DNA of 63,977 bases, the filler included, from Sandaracinaceae bacterium (GTDB lineage Bacteria; Myxococcota_A; Polyangia; Polyangiales; JADJQN01), in assembly GCA_947483975.1 (NCBI GenBank). It is 3 parts of 3 records of this genome, joined end to end, with 100 filler letters (N's around TTAATTAATTAA, not from the genome) between each part and the next. Parts side by side here need not be neighbours in the genome. Positions count along the whole stretch, not along the records: positions 24,037 to 47,610 come from CANKOL010000040.1; 2 more parts are not named here. One strand, written 5' to 3'. The position numbers were made by a program, and so were the translations under genes. Shown here one piece after another: positions 31,367-41,307 of the stretch. Numbering within the stretch: position 1 is the stretch's first letter; each line of letters starts with the position of its first letter. The notes beneath the pieces were generated by a model. That model saw only the letters and a program-made list of their open reading frames with translations, ran no database searches and was not told where the DNA came from.

Positions 31367-33652
31367 TCAGCGCAGCGCGGCGCCGCGCGTCCCGGCGCGC
31401 TCCCACATCCGCAGATAGCCCTCTGCCGAGCGGAACAGCGGCTCGAGATCGGCGTCCGTCGCCCCGGTGCGGCGGGCGTCCTCGATCAGCTCCGGCAGGA
31501 GGCCAATCTCCGCGAGGCCTTCGGTGTTGAAGTCGACCGTGCGATTGCCGAGGTGCGGCTCGGTGAAGGTCGTGTCGCCCGCGTAGGACTCGAACGGATA
31601 AGTGACCGGGTTCGACTGCGGGCTCGAGCAGTGGGAGCGGTCCCCGAAGCGCGGTCCGGGTGCGCCGGCGAAGCCGTTGAGATCGAAGCCGATGCCCTCG
31701 GCGGGATAGCCGCCCTGCGCGGCGATCTCGGCGGCGCTGCCGCGAATTCCATCGGCCATCGAGCCGGGGCGAGCCGGATCGGCGCAGCGCCCGATGCCCG
31801 TCTTCGAGATCCCGCCGAGCGCGTAGAGGCGCCCGTTGTTGGTATTGCCGTGCGTGCCGGCCGCCGGGTAGTCGTTGGCCTCGAGGAGCTCGAACACCCG
31901 CTGATAGCTGCGCTGCGGCAGGTGATCGATCTCGATGATCATCCCGCGCGTCATCAGCTCGTGGATCAGCGTCTCGCCGAGCGTCGTGAGGCCGTGATTC
32001 TGGCAGTAGTCGCCGCGCAGCGGGCCCGCCGACAGCTGATCGAGGAACGGCACGAGCGTCGGGACGGGCCCCGCCGCGAAGCCGCTCATGTCGTTGGGCG
32101 GCGGCGAGTCGTAGACCGGGCGCGGCATATTGAGCCCGCCGAGCTCGACGTCGCCGCTGTCGAACACCGTCGGCAGGTGCGGACAATCCTCGGTGAAGCT
32201 CGACCACTGACCGCTGTTGATGAAGCCGCCGATCTCGCTGATCGGGCGGTCGCCATCCCCCGCGGAGAACGCGTTGTCGTACTTGTGCACGGGGAAGATC
32301 GCGCGCACGCCGAGGTCGTAGTAGCGCTGCACCTCCTCGATCACGCGCGCCTCATCACACGCGGGGAAGCCCGCGTGCGGCGTCGAGAAGCAGTCGAAGA
32401 GGTTCGACACCTCGATGCCGAGGATGACCGCCAAGCGACCTCCGGCGATGACCTCGCGCGCCTCGGCAGGCGTCCGCACGACGCGAAACCAGCCGCGCCC
32501 GGGCCCGCCGCTCTGCGCGTCGATGTAGCGCTCGAGGTTGAACGTCTCTCGAATGCTGCGGTCGACTCCCACCATGTCGTTGCAGGAGTAGCGCACGCGC
32601 TGCACGCGCTCTCCGGTGAAGAGCTCACAGAGCACAGAGTTGGTCGTCGCGTGCTGCACGAGCAGGCGCAGGCCGCCGCGATAGGCGCGCTCGAGCCAGC
32701 GGTAGTACATCGACTGATGCGTCGAGCTGACGGGCGCGTTGGGCCAGGCCGTGAAGTCGGGATATCCCGCGGTCGCGTGGTTGAACTCGGGAGTGCGTCC
32801 GACGAGCAGCGTCGGCAGCAGCGCGCCGATGTCGAGGCTGCCCGTGATGCCGTGATCGAAGGCGTAGCCGAGGAGATCGCGGCGCCCGTCGGTGCCGTGG
32901 AAGATCGAGCAGTCCGGCAGCGCGTGCTGGACGCCGAGGCGATGAAACGGCGCGCCGTGCGCGATGCCGCCGCCGCCGAAGCCGAAGTTCGTCATCATGT
33001 GCTCGTGCGTGTCCGCGATGCCGAAGAGCGAGCCATCGGCGAACGCCTCGGGCGTGACCGTGCCCGTCGAGTCCACGCTCAGCTCGGGGTGCTCGGCGCA
33101 GCCCGTCTGCGGATAGAGGGCGACGACTGCGGCCTTGCCGACGTCGCTCGTGAGGCCGCCCGCGCGCGTGAGGTACTTGGACGTCTTGCGGTTCAGCAGC
33201 TGAAAGCGCGTCGGATCGGAGGCCGCGACCTGTAGCTCCCACTCGGCGCCGGAGACGTAGGTGTCGTCGATCGTCAGCACGTCGGAGAGCAGCTCGGACT
33301 GCCGCAGGAGCGGGCCGTCTTCTGCGACGAGATAGCGACGCTCAGCGTCGTAGAAGAGATACGTGCCGAGGTCGGACGCCTTGAGGAAGAAGCGCGACCC
33401 GGCGCTGTCCTCGCGCGCCGTGAACGCGAAGCCGCTGCCGTCGGCCGTCGGCGCGAGCCAGCGCGTGTCGGTGCTGCCGGGCGCCGTCGCATCGAGCGCG
33501 TAGCAGCCGTTCGCGAAGGCGTAGAGTCCGTCGTTCGCGGGCGCGGGCGGTCGCTCGACCGGCGCCTCGGGAGTGGGCTCCGGGGCGGCGCAGCCGCAGG
33601 CGAGCGTGAGCAGAAGGCAGAGCGCGGAGACGAGCGGGCGCGGTGACGGCAT
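31367..33652 (-). CDS. Lipoprotein amidohydrolase, membrane-dipeptidase/sphingolipid ceramide N-deacylase-like
   Basis: Signal with Cys, beta-rich N-terminal domain, DTHEH, GIEVSNLF, VHKYDN, EIDH, DFNTEGLA. Confidence 0.65.
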   Translation of the reverse strand: MPSPRPLVSALCLLLTLACGCAAPEPTPEAPVERPPAPANDGLYAFANGCYALDATAPGSTDTRWLAPTADGSGFAFTAREDSAGSRFFLKASDLGTYLFYDAERRYLVAEDGPLLRQSELLSDVLTIDDTYVSGAEWELQVAASDPTRFQLLNRKTSKYLTRAGGLTSDVGKAAVVALYPQTGCAEHPELSVDSTGTVTPEAFADGSLFGIADTHEHMMTNFGFGGGGIAHGAPFHRLGVQHALPDCSIFHGTDGRRDLLGYAFDHGITGSLDIGALLPTLLVGRTPEFNHATAGYPDFTAWPNAPVSSTHQSMYYRWLERAYRGGLRLLVQHATTNSVLCELFTGERVQRVRYSCNDMVGVDRSIRETFNLERYIDAQSGGPGRGWFRVVRTPAEAREVIAGGRLAVILGIEVSNLFDCFSTPHAGFPACDEARVIEEVQRYYDLGVRAIFPVHKYDNAFSAGDGDRPISEIGGFINSGQWSSFTEDCPHLPTVFDSGDVELGGLNMPRPVYDSPPPNDMSGFAAGPVPTLVPFLDQLSAGPLRGDYCQNHGLTTLGETLIHELMTRGMIIEIDHLPQRSYQRVFELLEANDYPAAGTHGNTNNGRLYALGGISKTGIGRCADPARPGSMADGIRGSAAEIAAQGGYPAEGIGFDLNGFAGAPGPRFGDRSHCSSPQSNPVTYPFESYAGDTTFTEPHLGNRTVDFNTEGLAEIGLLPELIEDARRTGATDADLEPLFRSAEGYLRMWERAGTRGAALR

Positions 33653-33694
33653 GGGCCCAGGCAGGTTACCCGACCTCGACCGTCGGCGTCGAAC

Positions 33695-34483
33695 TCAGGC
33701 GGTCGGGCGCGCAGCCGCCTCGAGGCGCTCCCACTCGTCGCGCACGAGCGCGTGCACCTTGTCTTTGAGCGCCTCCGCGTCGGCGGGCGTGAGCCCCTCG
33801 GTCGAGACGGGCGGCAGGATGTGAATCTTCAGCACGCCACCAGGCGCCAGCTTGGCGCGCGCGTTGATCACGCGATCCGTCGACGAGCACACGATCGGGA
33901 TCACTGGCACTCCCGCGGCGATCGCCATGTGAAACGCGCCCTTCTTGAACGGTCCGAGCCCTTGTCCGCGGCTGCGCTGCCCCTCGGGAAACACCCAGAT
34001 GCTCGTACGGCGCTTGCGCAGCGTGTCGACCGCCTTGTCGAGCCCGGCGACCGCCTGCTTGTGGTCCGCGCGGTCGATCAGGATGTTGCCAGTCGCAGCG
34101 AAGAAGAGGCCGAAGAGCGGAGTCTTGAGCAGCTCTTTCTTGCCGATGACGACGGTGCGGCGCGGGTAGACGGTGCCCACGAGCATGACGTCGTAGTTCG
34201 ACTGATGGTTCGCGACGAGGATGGCGGGGCGATGCGCGAGGTGCTCTTGACCCGTGATCTCGACGCGAATCCCGAGCAGCTTGAGGCCGACCCAGCTGAG
34301 CGTGCGCGCGTACGCCCACGCCATGCTGGTGTTTCCCCAGAGCGCGACGGCCGGCGGCAGAAAGCCGAGCGTGCAGAAGAAGCCCCAGACCAGCACCGAG
34401 TAGTACTTGAGGAAGAACTCCACGTGCTCGAGCGGCGTCCCTTGGTCCTCAGCGGCCGATTCGGCGGAGTGCGGCGCAGGCAT
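33695..34483 (-). CDS. plsC: 1-acyl-sn-glycerol-3-phosphate acyltransferase
   Basis: NHQSNYD, IDR, FPEGQR, FKKGAF. Confidence 0.9.
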   Translation of the reverse strand: MPAPHSAESAAEDQGTPLEHVEFFLKYYSVLVWGFFCTLGFLPPAVALWGNTSMAWAYARTLSWVGLKLLGIRVEITGQEHLAHRPAILVANHQSNYDVMLVGTVYPRRTVVIGKKELLKTPLFGLFFAATGNILIDRADHKQAVAGLDKAVDTLRKRRTSIWVFPEGQRSRGQGLGPFKKGAFHMAIAAGVPVIPIVCSSTDRVINARAKLAPGGVLKIHILPPVSTEGLTPADAEALKDKVHALVRDEWERLEAAARPTA

Positions 34484-34621
34484 CGGTGCTTTCTGGGGCG
34501 CCCCTCGCCCGCCGGGAGCGGCGCGTCGCGAAGGGAACCCGGGGTCGAGGGCGATGGTACACCGACTGACGCGCGCGGCGGGCGCTTCGCGGAGGGGACG
34601 CCGGCGTGTAGACTCAGCGGC

Positions 34622-35470
34622 ATGAACTCCTTCACTCGCTTTCCGCTCTTCGCGCTGCTGCTCGTGACTCCTACGCTCCTCGGCTCAGCGGCGTGCACCC
34701 AGAGCAAGTGCGAGGAGGTCTCCCTGTGCACCGCGCCGAGGGACGCGGGGATGCCGCCGGCCGACGCGGTCTTCGACAGCGGGCTCTACGCGGACCTCGG
34801 CTCGGACGCCGGCGCCGACGTCGACGCGGGCACCGAGGTAGACGCGGGCACGGCGAGCGACGGCGGCTCGATCTTGCCCGACTACGACGCGGGAGATCCG
34901 TTCGGCGACGCGGGCACGCTCGGCACGCCCGGCTGGGTGCCGCTCGACGTCCGCGTCGACGGGACGATGTGCACGCCGCTCGTCGCGTGTGGCGGAGACG
35001 AGGTCGGCACCTGGGACGTCACCGGCGGCTGCGTGGACTTCCCCGTGCCCGCCGCGCTCGGGCGCTGCCCCGGGGCGACGATCACGGCGACCGGGCGCGC
35101 GCGCGGGCGCGTGGCGTTCGACGGGACCGTCGCGCGGCGCACCGCGCAGTCCGAGGTCAGCGCAGAGGTCTTCATCCCGTCGCTCTGCGCGGGCTTCGCG
35201 GGCGGCTGCCCGGCGATCCAGGCGCTGATCGCGATGTCCCTCCCGGACCCCGTCTGCGTCGCGACCGCCGCGGGCGACTGCCGCTGCGCGGCGCGCACGA
35301 CCAACGTCATCGACGACGGCGACGCCTACACCACGATGAGCAATCAGATCGTGTCGACGACGAGCGGCAAGCGCTGGGACTACTGCGTGACGGCCGGGCA
35401 GATGCGCTACCGCGACGTCAGCACGACCGGCAGCGTCGAGCCCGGCATCATCGAGCTCGGGCTCCGCTGA
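34622..35470 (+). CDS. Hypothetical lipoprotein with DAG linker
   Basis: SAAC lipobox; ACGGD-x2-GTW domain. Confidence 0.75.
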   Translation: MNSFTRFPLFALLLVTPTLLGSAACTQSKCEEVSLCTAPRDAGMPPADAVFDSGLYADLGSDAGADVDAGTEVDAGTASDGGSILPDYDAGDPFGDAGTLGTPGWVPLDVRVDGTMCTPLVACGGDEVGTWDVTGGCVDFPVPAALGRCPGATITATGRARGRVAFDGTVARRTAQSEVSAEVFIPSLCAGFAGGCPAIQALIAMSLPDPVCVATAAGDCRCAARTTNVIDDGDAYTTMSNQIVSTTSGKRWDYCVTAGQMRYRDVSTTGSVEPGIIELGLR

Positions 35471-35508
35471 GCGCGCCCGTGGCCCGAAGTAGCGTGCCTC
35501 GCGGGCGC

Positions 35509-36498
35509 ATGATTCAATGCGTCGTGGCCTCGAAAATACTCTTCACCGCCGGGCTGAGCCTCGCGGCTTCCCTCTTGCTCGCCGCGTGCGCGAGCGGCGG
35601 AGTCCCTGACGCCGGCACGCGCGTCGCCGACCTCGGGGACACGCCCGATCTGCCGCTGATCATCGACCTCAGCGTCGTCGACGCGGGCTGCACACCCGCG
35701 TGCACCGCCGCGCAGGTCTGCCGCTCGGGGATATGCGTCGATCCGGCGACGGACGCCGACGGCGACGGGATCCCCGCGGCCGAGGACTGCGACGACACGA
35801 CGTCGGGCATCGGGCGGCTCGCAGAGCGCTCTTGCTCGTCGGCGTGCGGCACGGGCGTCGAGCGCTGCTCGAGCGGCGTGTGGAGCGCTTGCACCGCGCC
35901 GGTCGCCTGCGACTGCACGGCGGGGGCGCCCCCGCGCGACGTGCCCTGCGGGCTCTGCGGCGTGCAGCAGCAGATCTGTGTCGGCGGCGCGTGGACGAAC
36001 GCGGGCTCCTGCAACGCGAGCGGCGAGTGCTCCGCGGGCACGGTGGAGCCCGGCGGTAGCTGCGGGCGCTGCGGGACGTCGGCGCGCACCTGCGGGGCGG
36101 ACTGCCTCTGGGGCGGGACGACCTGCACCGGCGAGGGCGAGTGCACGGCGGGCGCGACCGAGACCGACACGGCGTCCTGCGGCTGCGGCACGCAGTCGCG
36201 GACCCGCACCTGCAGCGCGGCGTGCGGCTGGGGCGCGTGGAGCGCGTTCGGCGCGTGCTCGGGTGGCGGCGTGTGCGCGGCGGGCGCGACGCGCCTCGGA
36301 AGCTGCACGGACTCGTGCTCGCAGGAGGTGTGCACGAGCGGCTGCGCGTGGGGCTCGTGCGGCCTCGCTCCCGGGAACGCGTGCAACTACAACTCGGGGA
36401 CGAATTGGCGCTCGTGCACCGGGGGGTCGTGCACCTCCGCGTCGTGCTGGCAGTTCTGCGGGTCGACGTGCCAATACTATACGTGCCAGAACCGCTGA
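35509..36498 (+). CDS. Cys-rich lipoprotein with DxDGDG-CDD motif and TSP-like W/C repeats
   Basis: LAAC lipobox, DADGDGIPAAEDCDD, WGAWSAFGAC. Confidence 0.8.
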   Translation: MIQCVVASKILFTAGLSLAASLLLAACASGGVPDAGTRVADLGDTPDLPLIIDLSVVDAGCTPACTAAQVCRSGICVDPATDADGDGIPAAEDCDDTTSGIGRLAERSCSSACGTGVERCSSGVWSACTAPVACDCTAGAPPRDVPCGLCGVQQQICVGGAWTNAGSCNASGECSAGTVEPGGSCGRCGTSARTCGADCLWGGTTCTGEGECTAGATETDTASCGCGTQSRTRTCSAACGWGAWSAFGACSGGGVCAAGATRLGSCTDSCSQEVCTSGCAWGSCGLAPGNACNYNSGTNWRSCTGGSCTSASCWQFCGSTCQYYTCQNR

Positions 36499-36571
36499 CG
36501 ATGTGATGTATCCTGGCGCGCAACCTTAGAGGACAGCCCCCGGGGAGGCTGTCGCCGAGCCAGGAGCCGCC

Positions 36572-38350
36572 GTGCCCACTGATACGATCCCGCTGCGCCT
36601 GATCGAGCAAGCCAAGAAGCGCGGCGACGCGCCCGCGCTCTACGAGAAGAAGGGCGGGCTCTGGCACGCGTTCTCCTGGCACGAGTACGGCGACCTCGTG
36701 CGCCGCGCGAGCAAGTCGCTGATCGCGCTCGGCTGCGAGCCCGGCAGCACGGTGTCGATCCTCGGCTTCAACCGCCTCGAGTGGCTGATCCTCGACCTCG
36801 CCTGCATGAGCATCGGCGGCGCTCCGGCGGGCATCTACACGACCTGCTCGCCGAGCGAGGTCCGCTACATCATCCACCACGCGGGGTCGCCCGTCGTGCT
36901 GATCGAGAACCTCGAGCAGTGGAAGAAGCTCGACAAAGAGCGCGCGAATCTCCCGCTCCTGCGGCACGTCGTGACGATGCGCGGCTGTCCCCGCATCGAC
37001 GATCCGCTCGTGATGCCGTGGGACGAATTCCTCGCCAAGGGCGCTGCGGTCGCCGATCAGACGTACCTCGATCGCGTGCACGCGCTCGAGCCCGACGGGC
37101 TCGCGACGCTGATCTACACGTCCGGCACGACGGGTCCGCCGAAGGGCGTGATGCTCTCGCACCGGAACCTCGCGTGGACGGCGGACATCGCGATCACGAT
37201 CACTGGCTCGACGAGCGACGACTGCATGCTGAGCTATCTGCCGCTCTCGCACATCGCCGAGCAGATGTTCTCGATCCACGGCCCGATCACCGCGGGCATG
37301 AAGCTCTACTTCGCGGAGTCGATCGAGAAGGTGCCGGAGAACCTCAAGGAGGTGCGCCCGACGGTGCTCTTCGCGGTGCCGCGCATCTGGGAGAAGTTCC
37401 ACGCAGGCATCTCGAGCAAGCTCGCCGACGCGACGGGCGCGAAGGCGCGCATCGCGCGCTGGGCGCAGTCGATCGGCACGGCGGTGAGCGCGTACAAGGC
37501 GCGCGGCAAGGCGCTGCCGTTCGCGCTCGGCGTGCAGTACAAGCTCGCCGATCGCCTCGTCTTCACGAAGCTGAAGACGGCGATCGGCCTCGACCGCGCG
37601 CGGATGTGCGTGAGCGGCGCGGCGCCCGTCGCCAAGGAAGTGCTCGAGTTCATGGCGAGCCTCGACGTGATGGTGCACGAGGTCTACGGCCAGTCCGAGG
37701 ACACCGGCCCGACGACGTTCAACCGACCGGGGCAGCTGAAGTTCGGCTCCGTCGGCCCCACGCTGCCGGGCGTCGAGGTGAAGATCGCAGCGGACGGCGA
37801 GATCGTCGTGCGCGGGCCGAACGTCTTCCTCGGCTACTACAAGGAGCCCGAGGCGACCGCGGAAACGCTGATCGACGGCTGGCTGCACTCGGGGGATCTC
37901 GGCGCGTTCGACTCGGAGGGCTTCCTCTCGATCACGGGCCGCAAGAAGGAGATCCTGATCACCGCCGGCGGCAAGAACGTCGCGCCGAAGAATATCGAGG
38001 CGGCGCTCAAGAACCACAGCCTCGTCAACGAGGCGGTCGTCATCGGCGACCGGCGCAAGTACCTGACGGCCCTCGTCACGCTCGATCCCGACGCCATCGC
38101 GAAGTTCTGCGCCGAGCGCAAGCTCGACGTCGCGAGCGCGCACCAAGACGCGACCGTGCGCGCCGAGGTCCAGAAGGCCGTCGACCAGCTGAATCAGGAG
38201 TTCGCGCGGGTCGAGCAGGTGAAGAAATTCACGATCCTGCCGCGCAACCTGAGCGTGCAGGACGGCGAGCTCACGCCGACGCTCAAGGTCAAGCGCAAGG
38301 TCGTCAACGAGCACTTCGCGAGCGACATCGAGGCGATGTATTCGGAGTGA
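36572..38350 (+). CDS. Long-chain fatty acid-CoA ligase (FadD15/ACSBG type)
   Basis: YTSGTTGPPKG, LPLSH, YGQSE, GDLG, GRKKE, TPTLKVKR. Confidence 0.93.
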   Translation: MPTDTIPLRLIEQAKKRGDAPALYEKKGGLWHAFSWHEYGDLVRRASKSLIALGCEPGSTVSILGFNRLEWLILDLACMSIGGAPAGIYTTCSPSEVRYIIHHAGSPVVLIENLEQWKKLDKERANLPLLRHVVTMRGCPRIDDPLVMPWDEFLAKGAAVADQTYLDRVHALEPDGLATLIYTSGTTGPPKGVMLSHRNLAWTADIAITITGSTSDDCMLSYLPLSHIAEQMFSIHGPITAGMKLYFAESIEKVPENLKEVRPTVLFAVPRIWEKFHAGISSKLADATGAKARIARWAQSIGTAVSAYKARGKALPFALGVQYKLADRLVFTKLKTAIGLDRARMCVSGAAPVAKEVLEFMASLDVMVHEVYGQSEDTGPTTFNRPGQLKFGSVGPTLPGVEVKIAADGEIVVRGPNVFLGYYKEPEATAETLIDGWLHSGDLGAFDSEGFLSITGRKKEILITAGGKNVAPKNIEAALKNHSLVNEAVVIGDRRKYLTALVTLDPDAIAKFCAERKLDVASAHQDATVRAEVQKAVDQLNQEFARVEQVKKFTILPRNLSVQDGELTPTLKVKRKVVNEHFASDIEAMYSE

Positions 38351-38444
38351 CGGCGCGCGGGGCTGCGCAGTCACTTTGAGACGCAGCGCATCCGGGCTAG
38401 GCTGTGCCACCCCGTGGCGAGGCCTCGGCGGTTCGGGAGCTTCC

Positions 38445-39902
38445 ATGCGTTCATCGCTTCTTCGTGCCCTTCCCTTGGCCATGCTCGTGCTCGTGTCCGC
38501 TGCCTGCGGTCGCTCCTCGCTGACGGTCGACCCTGCGCGCGACGGCGGCGGGACCGACCTCGGCGACATGAGCACGCTCGACAGCCCGCTGCTGATCTGC
38601 GGCGACGAGGTGTGCTCGGCGAGCATCGGCGAGACCTGCTCGACGTGCGCGCGCGACTGCGGGCCGTGCGCCTCGTGCGGCGACAGCGTCTGTGACGACA
38701 CCGGCGGCGAGTCCTGCTTCAGCTGCCCCGCGGACTGCGGCGCTTGCCCGGGCTGCGGCAACGGCACCTGTGAGGCGGCGCGCATGGAAGACTGCGCGGG
38801 CTGCCCCGAAGACTGCGGCCCCTGCGCGACGTGCGGCGATGGCGCCTGCAACGGGACCGAGACGTGCTCGTCGTGCAGCGGCGACTGCGGCATCTGCCCC
38901 GGCGGCTGTGGAGACGGCACCTGCAGCTCCACCGAGAGCTGCACCTCGTGCCCGGGTGACTGCGGCGTCTGCCGGACCTGCGGCGACGGCGCGTGCAACT
39001 CGGGCGAGACGTGCACGTCGTGTCCGGGCGACTGCGGGCTCTGCATGACGTGCGGCGACGGCACCTGCAACTCCGGCGAGACTTGCTTCTCGTGCCCGAC
39101 GGACTGCGGCACCTGCGAGACGTGCGGCGATCACACCTGCAGCGCGTCGGAGACGTGCTCGTCGTGCTCGGTCGACTGCGGGCTCTGCGAGCGCTGCGGC
39201 GACGGGACGTGCAGCGCGAGCGAGGACTGCACCTCGTGCTCGGTGGACTGCGGGCTCTGCACGACCTGCCCGAACCGCCGCTGCGACGCGTCCGAGACCT
39301 GCGGCACCTGCCCGCAGGACTGCGGCCGCTGCCCGACCTGCGGCGACGGCTTCTGCCGCGCCTCCGACGGTGAGGACTGCCTCACCTGCTCGCCCGACTG
39401 CGACGCGTGCCCGACCTGCGGGGACGGCACCTGCAACGCCGCGACGGAAAACTGCTTCACCTGCCCCGGCGACTGCGGCACCTGCACGGGCTGCGGCGAC
39501 GGGCGCTGCGGCACGCGCGAAGACTGCGCGAGCTGCGCGACGGACTGCGGCACCTGCTCGGTCTGCGGCAACATGGTCTGCGAGACCGACCCCGCGCGCG
39601 GCTACGAGACTTGCTCCAACTGCACGGCGGACTGCGGCGCGTGCCCGATGCGCAACTGCTCGGCGGGCCTCACCTGCGCCTTCGGCTGCTTCGGCTTCGG
39701 CGGCGGCGGCGGGATCCCGAGCATCGACATCGCCTGCCTCTCCTCGTGCGTCGCGAGCGTCTGCGCGGACGGGCAGTTCTTCCTGCAGCAGGTGATCAAC
39801 TGCGCGGTCAACTCGTTCGTCGGCGGGACCTGCAGCGACATCAGCTGCGTGCAGACGGAGTGCGGGACCGAGGTCATGGCCTGCCTCCGCGACCGTTGCT
39901 GA
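38445..39902 (+). CDS. Lipoprotein with 14 CGDGxC-x-E-x-CxxCxxDCG repeats
   Basis: SAACG lipobox; repeats counted from the translation. Confidence 0.85.
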   Translation: MRSSLLRALPLAMLVLVSAACGRSSLTVDPARDGGGTDLGDMSTLDSPLLICGDEVCSASIGETCSTCARDCGPCASCGDSVCDDTGGESCFSCPADCGACPGCGNGTCEAARMEDCAGCPEDCGPCATCGDGACNGTETCSSCSGDCGICPGGCGDGTCSSTESCTSCPGDCGVCRTCGDGACNSGETCTSCPGDCGLCMTCGDGTCNSGETCFSCPTDCGTCETCGDHTCSASETCSSCSVDCGLCERCGDGTCSASEDCTSCSVDCGLCTTCPNRRCDASETCGTCPQDCGRCPTCGDGFCRASDGEDCLTCSPDCDACPTCGDGTCNAATENCFTCPGDCGTCTGCGDGRCGTREDCASCATDCGTCSVCGNMVCETDPARGYETCSNCTADCGACPMRNCSAGLTCAFGCFGFGGGGGIPSIDIACLSSCVASVCADGQFFLQQVINCAVNSFVGGTCSDISCVQTECGTEVMACLRDRC

Positions 39903-39914
39903 GCGACTGACCGC

Positions 39915-40445
39915 TCAGTCGTCCGACGAAGAAGCCTCGGCAGCCGCGCTGCCGGGGCTTTCTTCCGTCGGGAGCGCGTTGGTCTGGAGCCACATCGCGG
40001 TCTGAGTGCTCTGGTAGACGAGCTTCTCGGACTGATGGAACTCGAACGCGTACTTCGCGAGGATGCGCTTCTGGCCCTTGCGAATTTGGGTCGCGCGCCC
40101 CGTGAGCACGAGCGCCTCGCCGGGCACGTGCGCGAGGTTGTGGAACCGCGCGCTCTCGATGCGCGCGCCATAGCCGACCCAGCCCTCGCGGTGCCGCAAG
40201 CCGAGGACGTAGTACGCGTGCACGAAGGCGACGATGCCCGTCGCGTGCACCATCAGCGCGCCCGAGACGTGCTGCGGGTGCCGCACCGGGTGCACGATCT
40301 GCTCGCGCGTGAGCGGCAGGTCCGCGCTCACCGGCATTCGACAGACGACGACGTGAGTCTCCGCGTCGATGCGCAGGATCTCGTCGATCAGCTGCCCGCC
40401 GGGGCCATAGAAGCAGTCGGCTACGAAGTCTGGGTCGAGCGCCAT
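39915..40445 (-). CDS. Hotdog-fold protein (FabA/FabZ-like)
   Basis: LIDEILRID...HPQHVSGALM...ARFH-x4-PGE pattern. Confidence 0.55.
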   Translation of the reverse strand: MALDPDFVADCFYGPGGQLIDEILRIDAETHVVVCRMPVSADLPLTREQIVHPVRHPQHVSGALMVHATGIVAFVHAYYVLGLRHREGWVGYGARIESARFHNLAHVPGEALVLTGRATQIRKGQKRILAKYAFEFHQSEKLVYQSTQTAMWLQTNALPTEESPGSAAAEASSSDD

Positions 40446-40501
40446 CAGGCGGCTGTCTAGCAGAGCGGCGCGAGCGCGGCAGTCTTTGGCGGCAGAGCGC
40501 G

Positions 40502-41158
40502 CTATACGCCCGTCGTCTCGGCGCCCCAGATCAGCTTGTGGAGCTGCAGCTGAAAGCGCGCGGGGAGCGCGTCCTCGAGCAGCCACGCCACGACGTCGCG
40601 CGCCGACGGTCCGCCGAACACGCACGACACCAGCACGCCGCCGCAGCGCTCGGCGAGCGACTCCCGGCGGATCACGTCGCGCGCCCACTCGTAGTCGGCG
40701 CGGCTCGCGAGCACGAGCTTCAGCTCGTCGCGGGGCGTCAGGAGCGCGAGGTTCTCCCAGCGAATTCGGTGCGACTCGCCGCTGCCCGGCGCCTTGAGAT
40801 CGACGATGCGGTGCACGCGCGGGTCGACGCCCGAGATATCGCGCTCACCGCTCGTCTCGAGCAGCACCGTGCGCCCGGCGTCGCAGAGCTCACGGAGGAG
40901 CGGCAGCGCGCCCGGCTGCAGCAGCGGCTCGCCGCCCGTCAGCTCGACGAGCGGGATCTTCGTCGCGAGCGCCTCATCGAGCACATCCCGCCGCGCGCGC
41001 CGCGTGCCGCCGCGAAACGCCTGCTGCGTGTCGCACCAGACGCAGCGCAGGTTGCAGCCCGTCAGGCGGATGAACGTGCACGGCAGCCCAACGAACGACG
41101 ACTCGCCCTGGATCGACGTGTAGAGCTCGTGAACGACGAGCGTGTCCTCTTTCGCCAT
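40502..41158 (-). CDS. queE: 7-carboxy-7-deazaguanine synthase (radical SAM)
   Basis: SIQGE, GCNLRCVWCDT, TGGEPLLQ, QLHKLIW. Confidence 0.9.
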   Translation of the reverse strand: MAKEDTLVVHELYTSIQGESSFVGLPCTFIRLTGCNLRCVWCDTQQAFRGGTRRARRDVLDEALATKIPLVELTGGEPLLQPGALPLLRELCDAGRTVLLETSGERDISGVDPRVHRIVDLKAPGSGESHRIRWENLALLTPRDELKLVLASRADYEWARDVIRRESLAERCGGVLVSCVFGGPSARDVVAWLLEDALPARFQLQLHKLIWGAETTGV

Positions 41159-41307
41159 CAGCGCAGCCTTCTAACGGGAACGAGGCGGAGCGCAACTCGG
41201 CGGGTGCGCGACCGACGAACGGGCGCCGCGCTTGGTCACGCGACTCGACGCGTGCCGCGGGCGACGAGGTGGCACACATGATCTCGCTCACGCAGAGTAG
41301 CCCCGCC

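Noticed and set aside
35669..39112. Very long antisense ORFs (e.g. 1147 aa here; 49861-53424; 26927-29638; 2959-5502)
   Set aside because: Stop-poor shadow frames of high-GC genes; the opposite strand carries recognisable proteins.
38590..39650. Many CxxC motifs as a multiheme cytochrome
   Set aside because: No CxxCH in the repeats; this is a structural Cys-rich repeat.
40502..41158. queE as part of a 7-deazaguanine DNA-modification (dpd) system
   Set aside because: No dpdA/tgt-like, queC or queD neighbours; most simply housekeeping queuosine synthesis.
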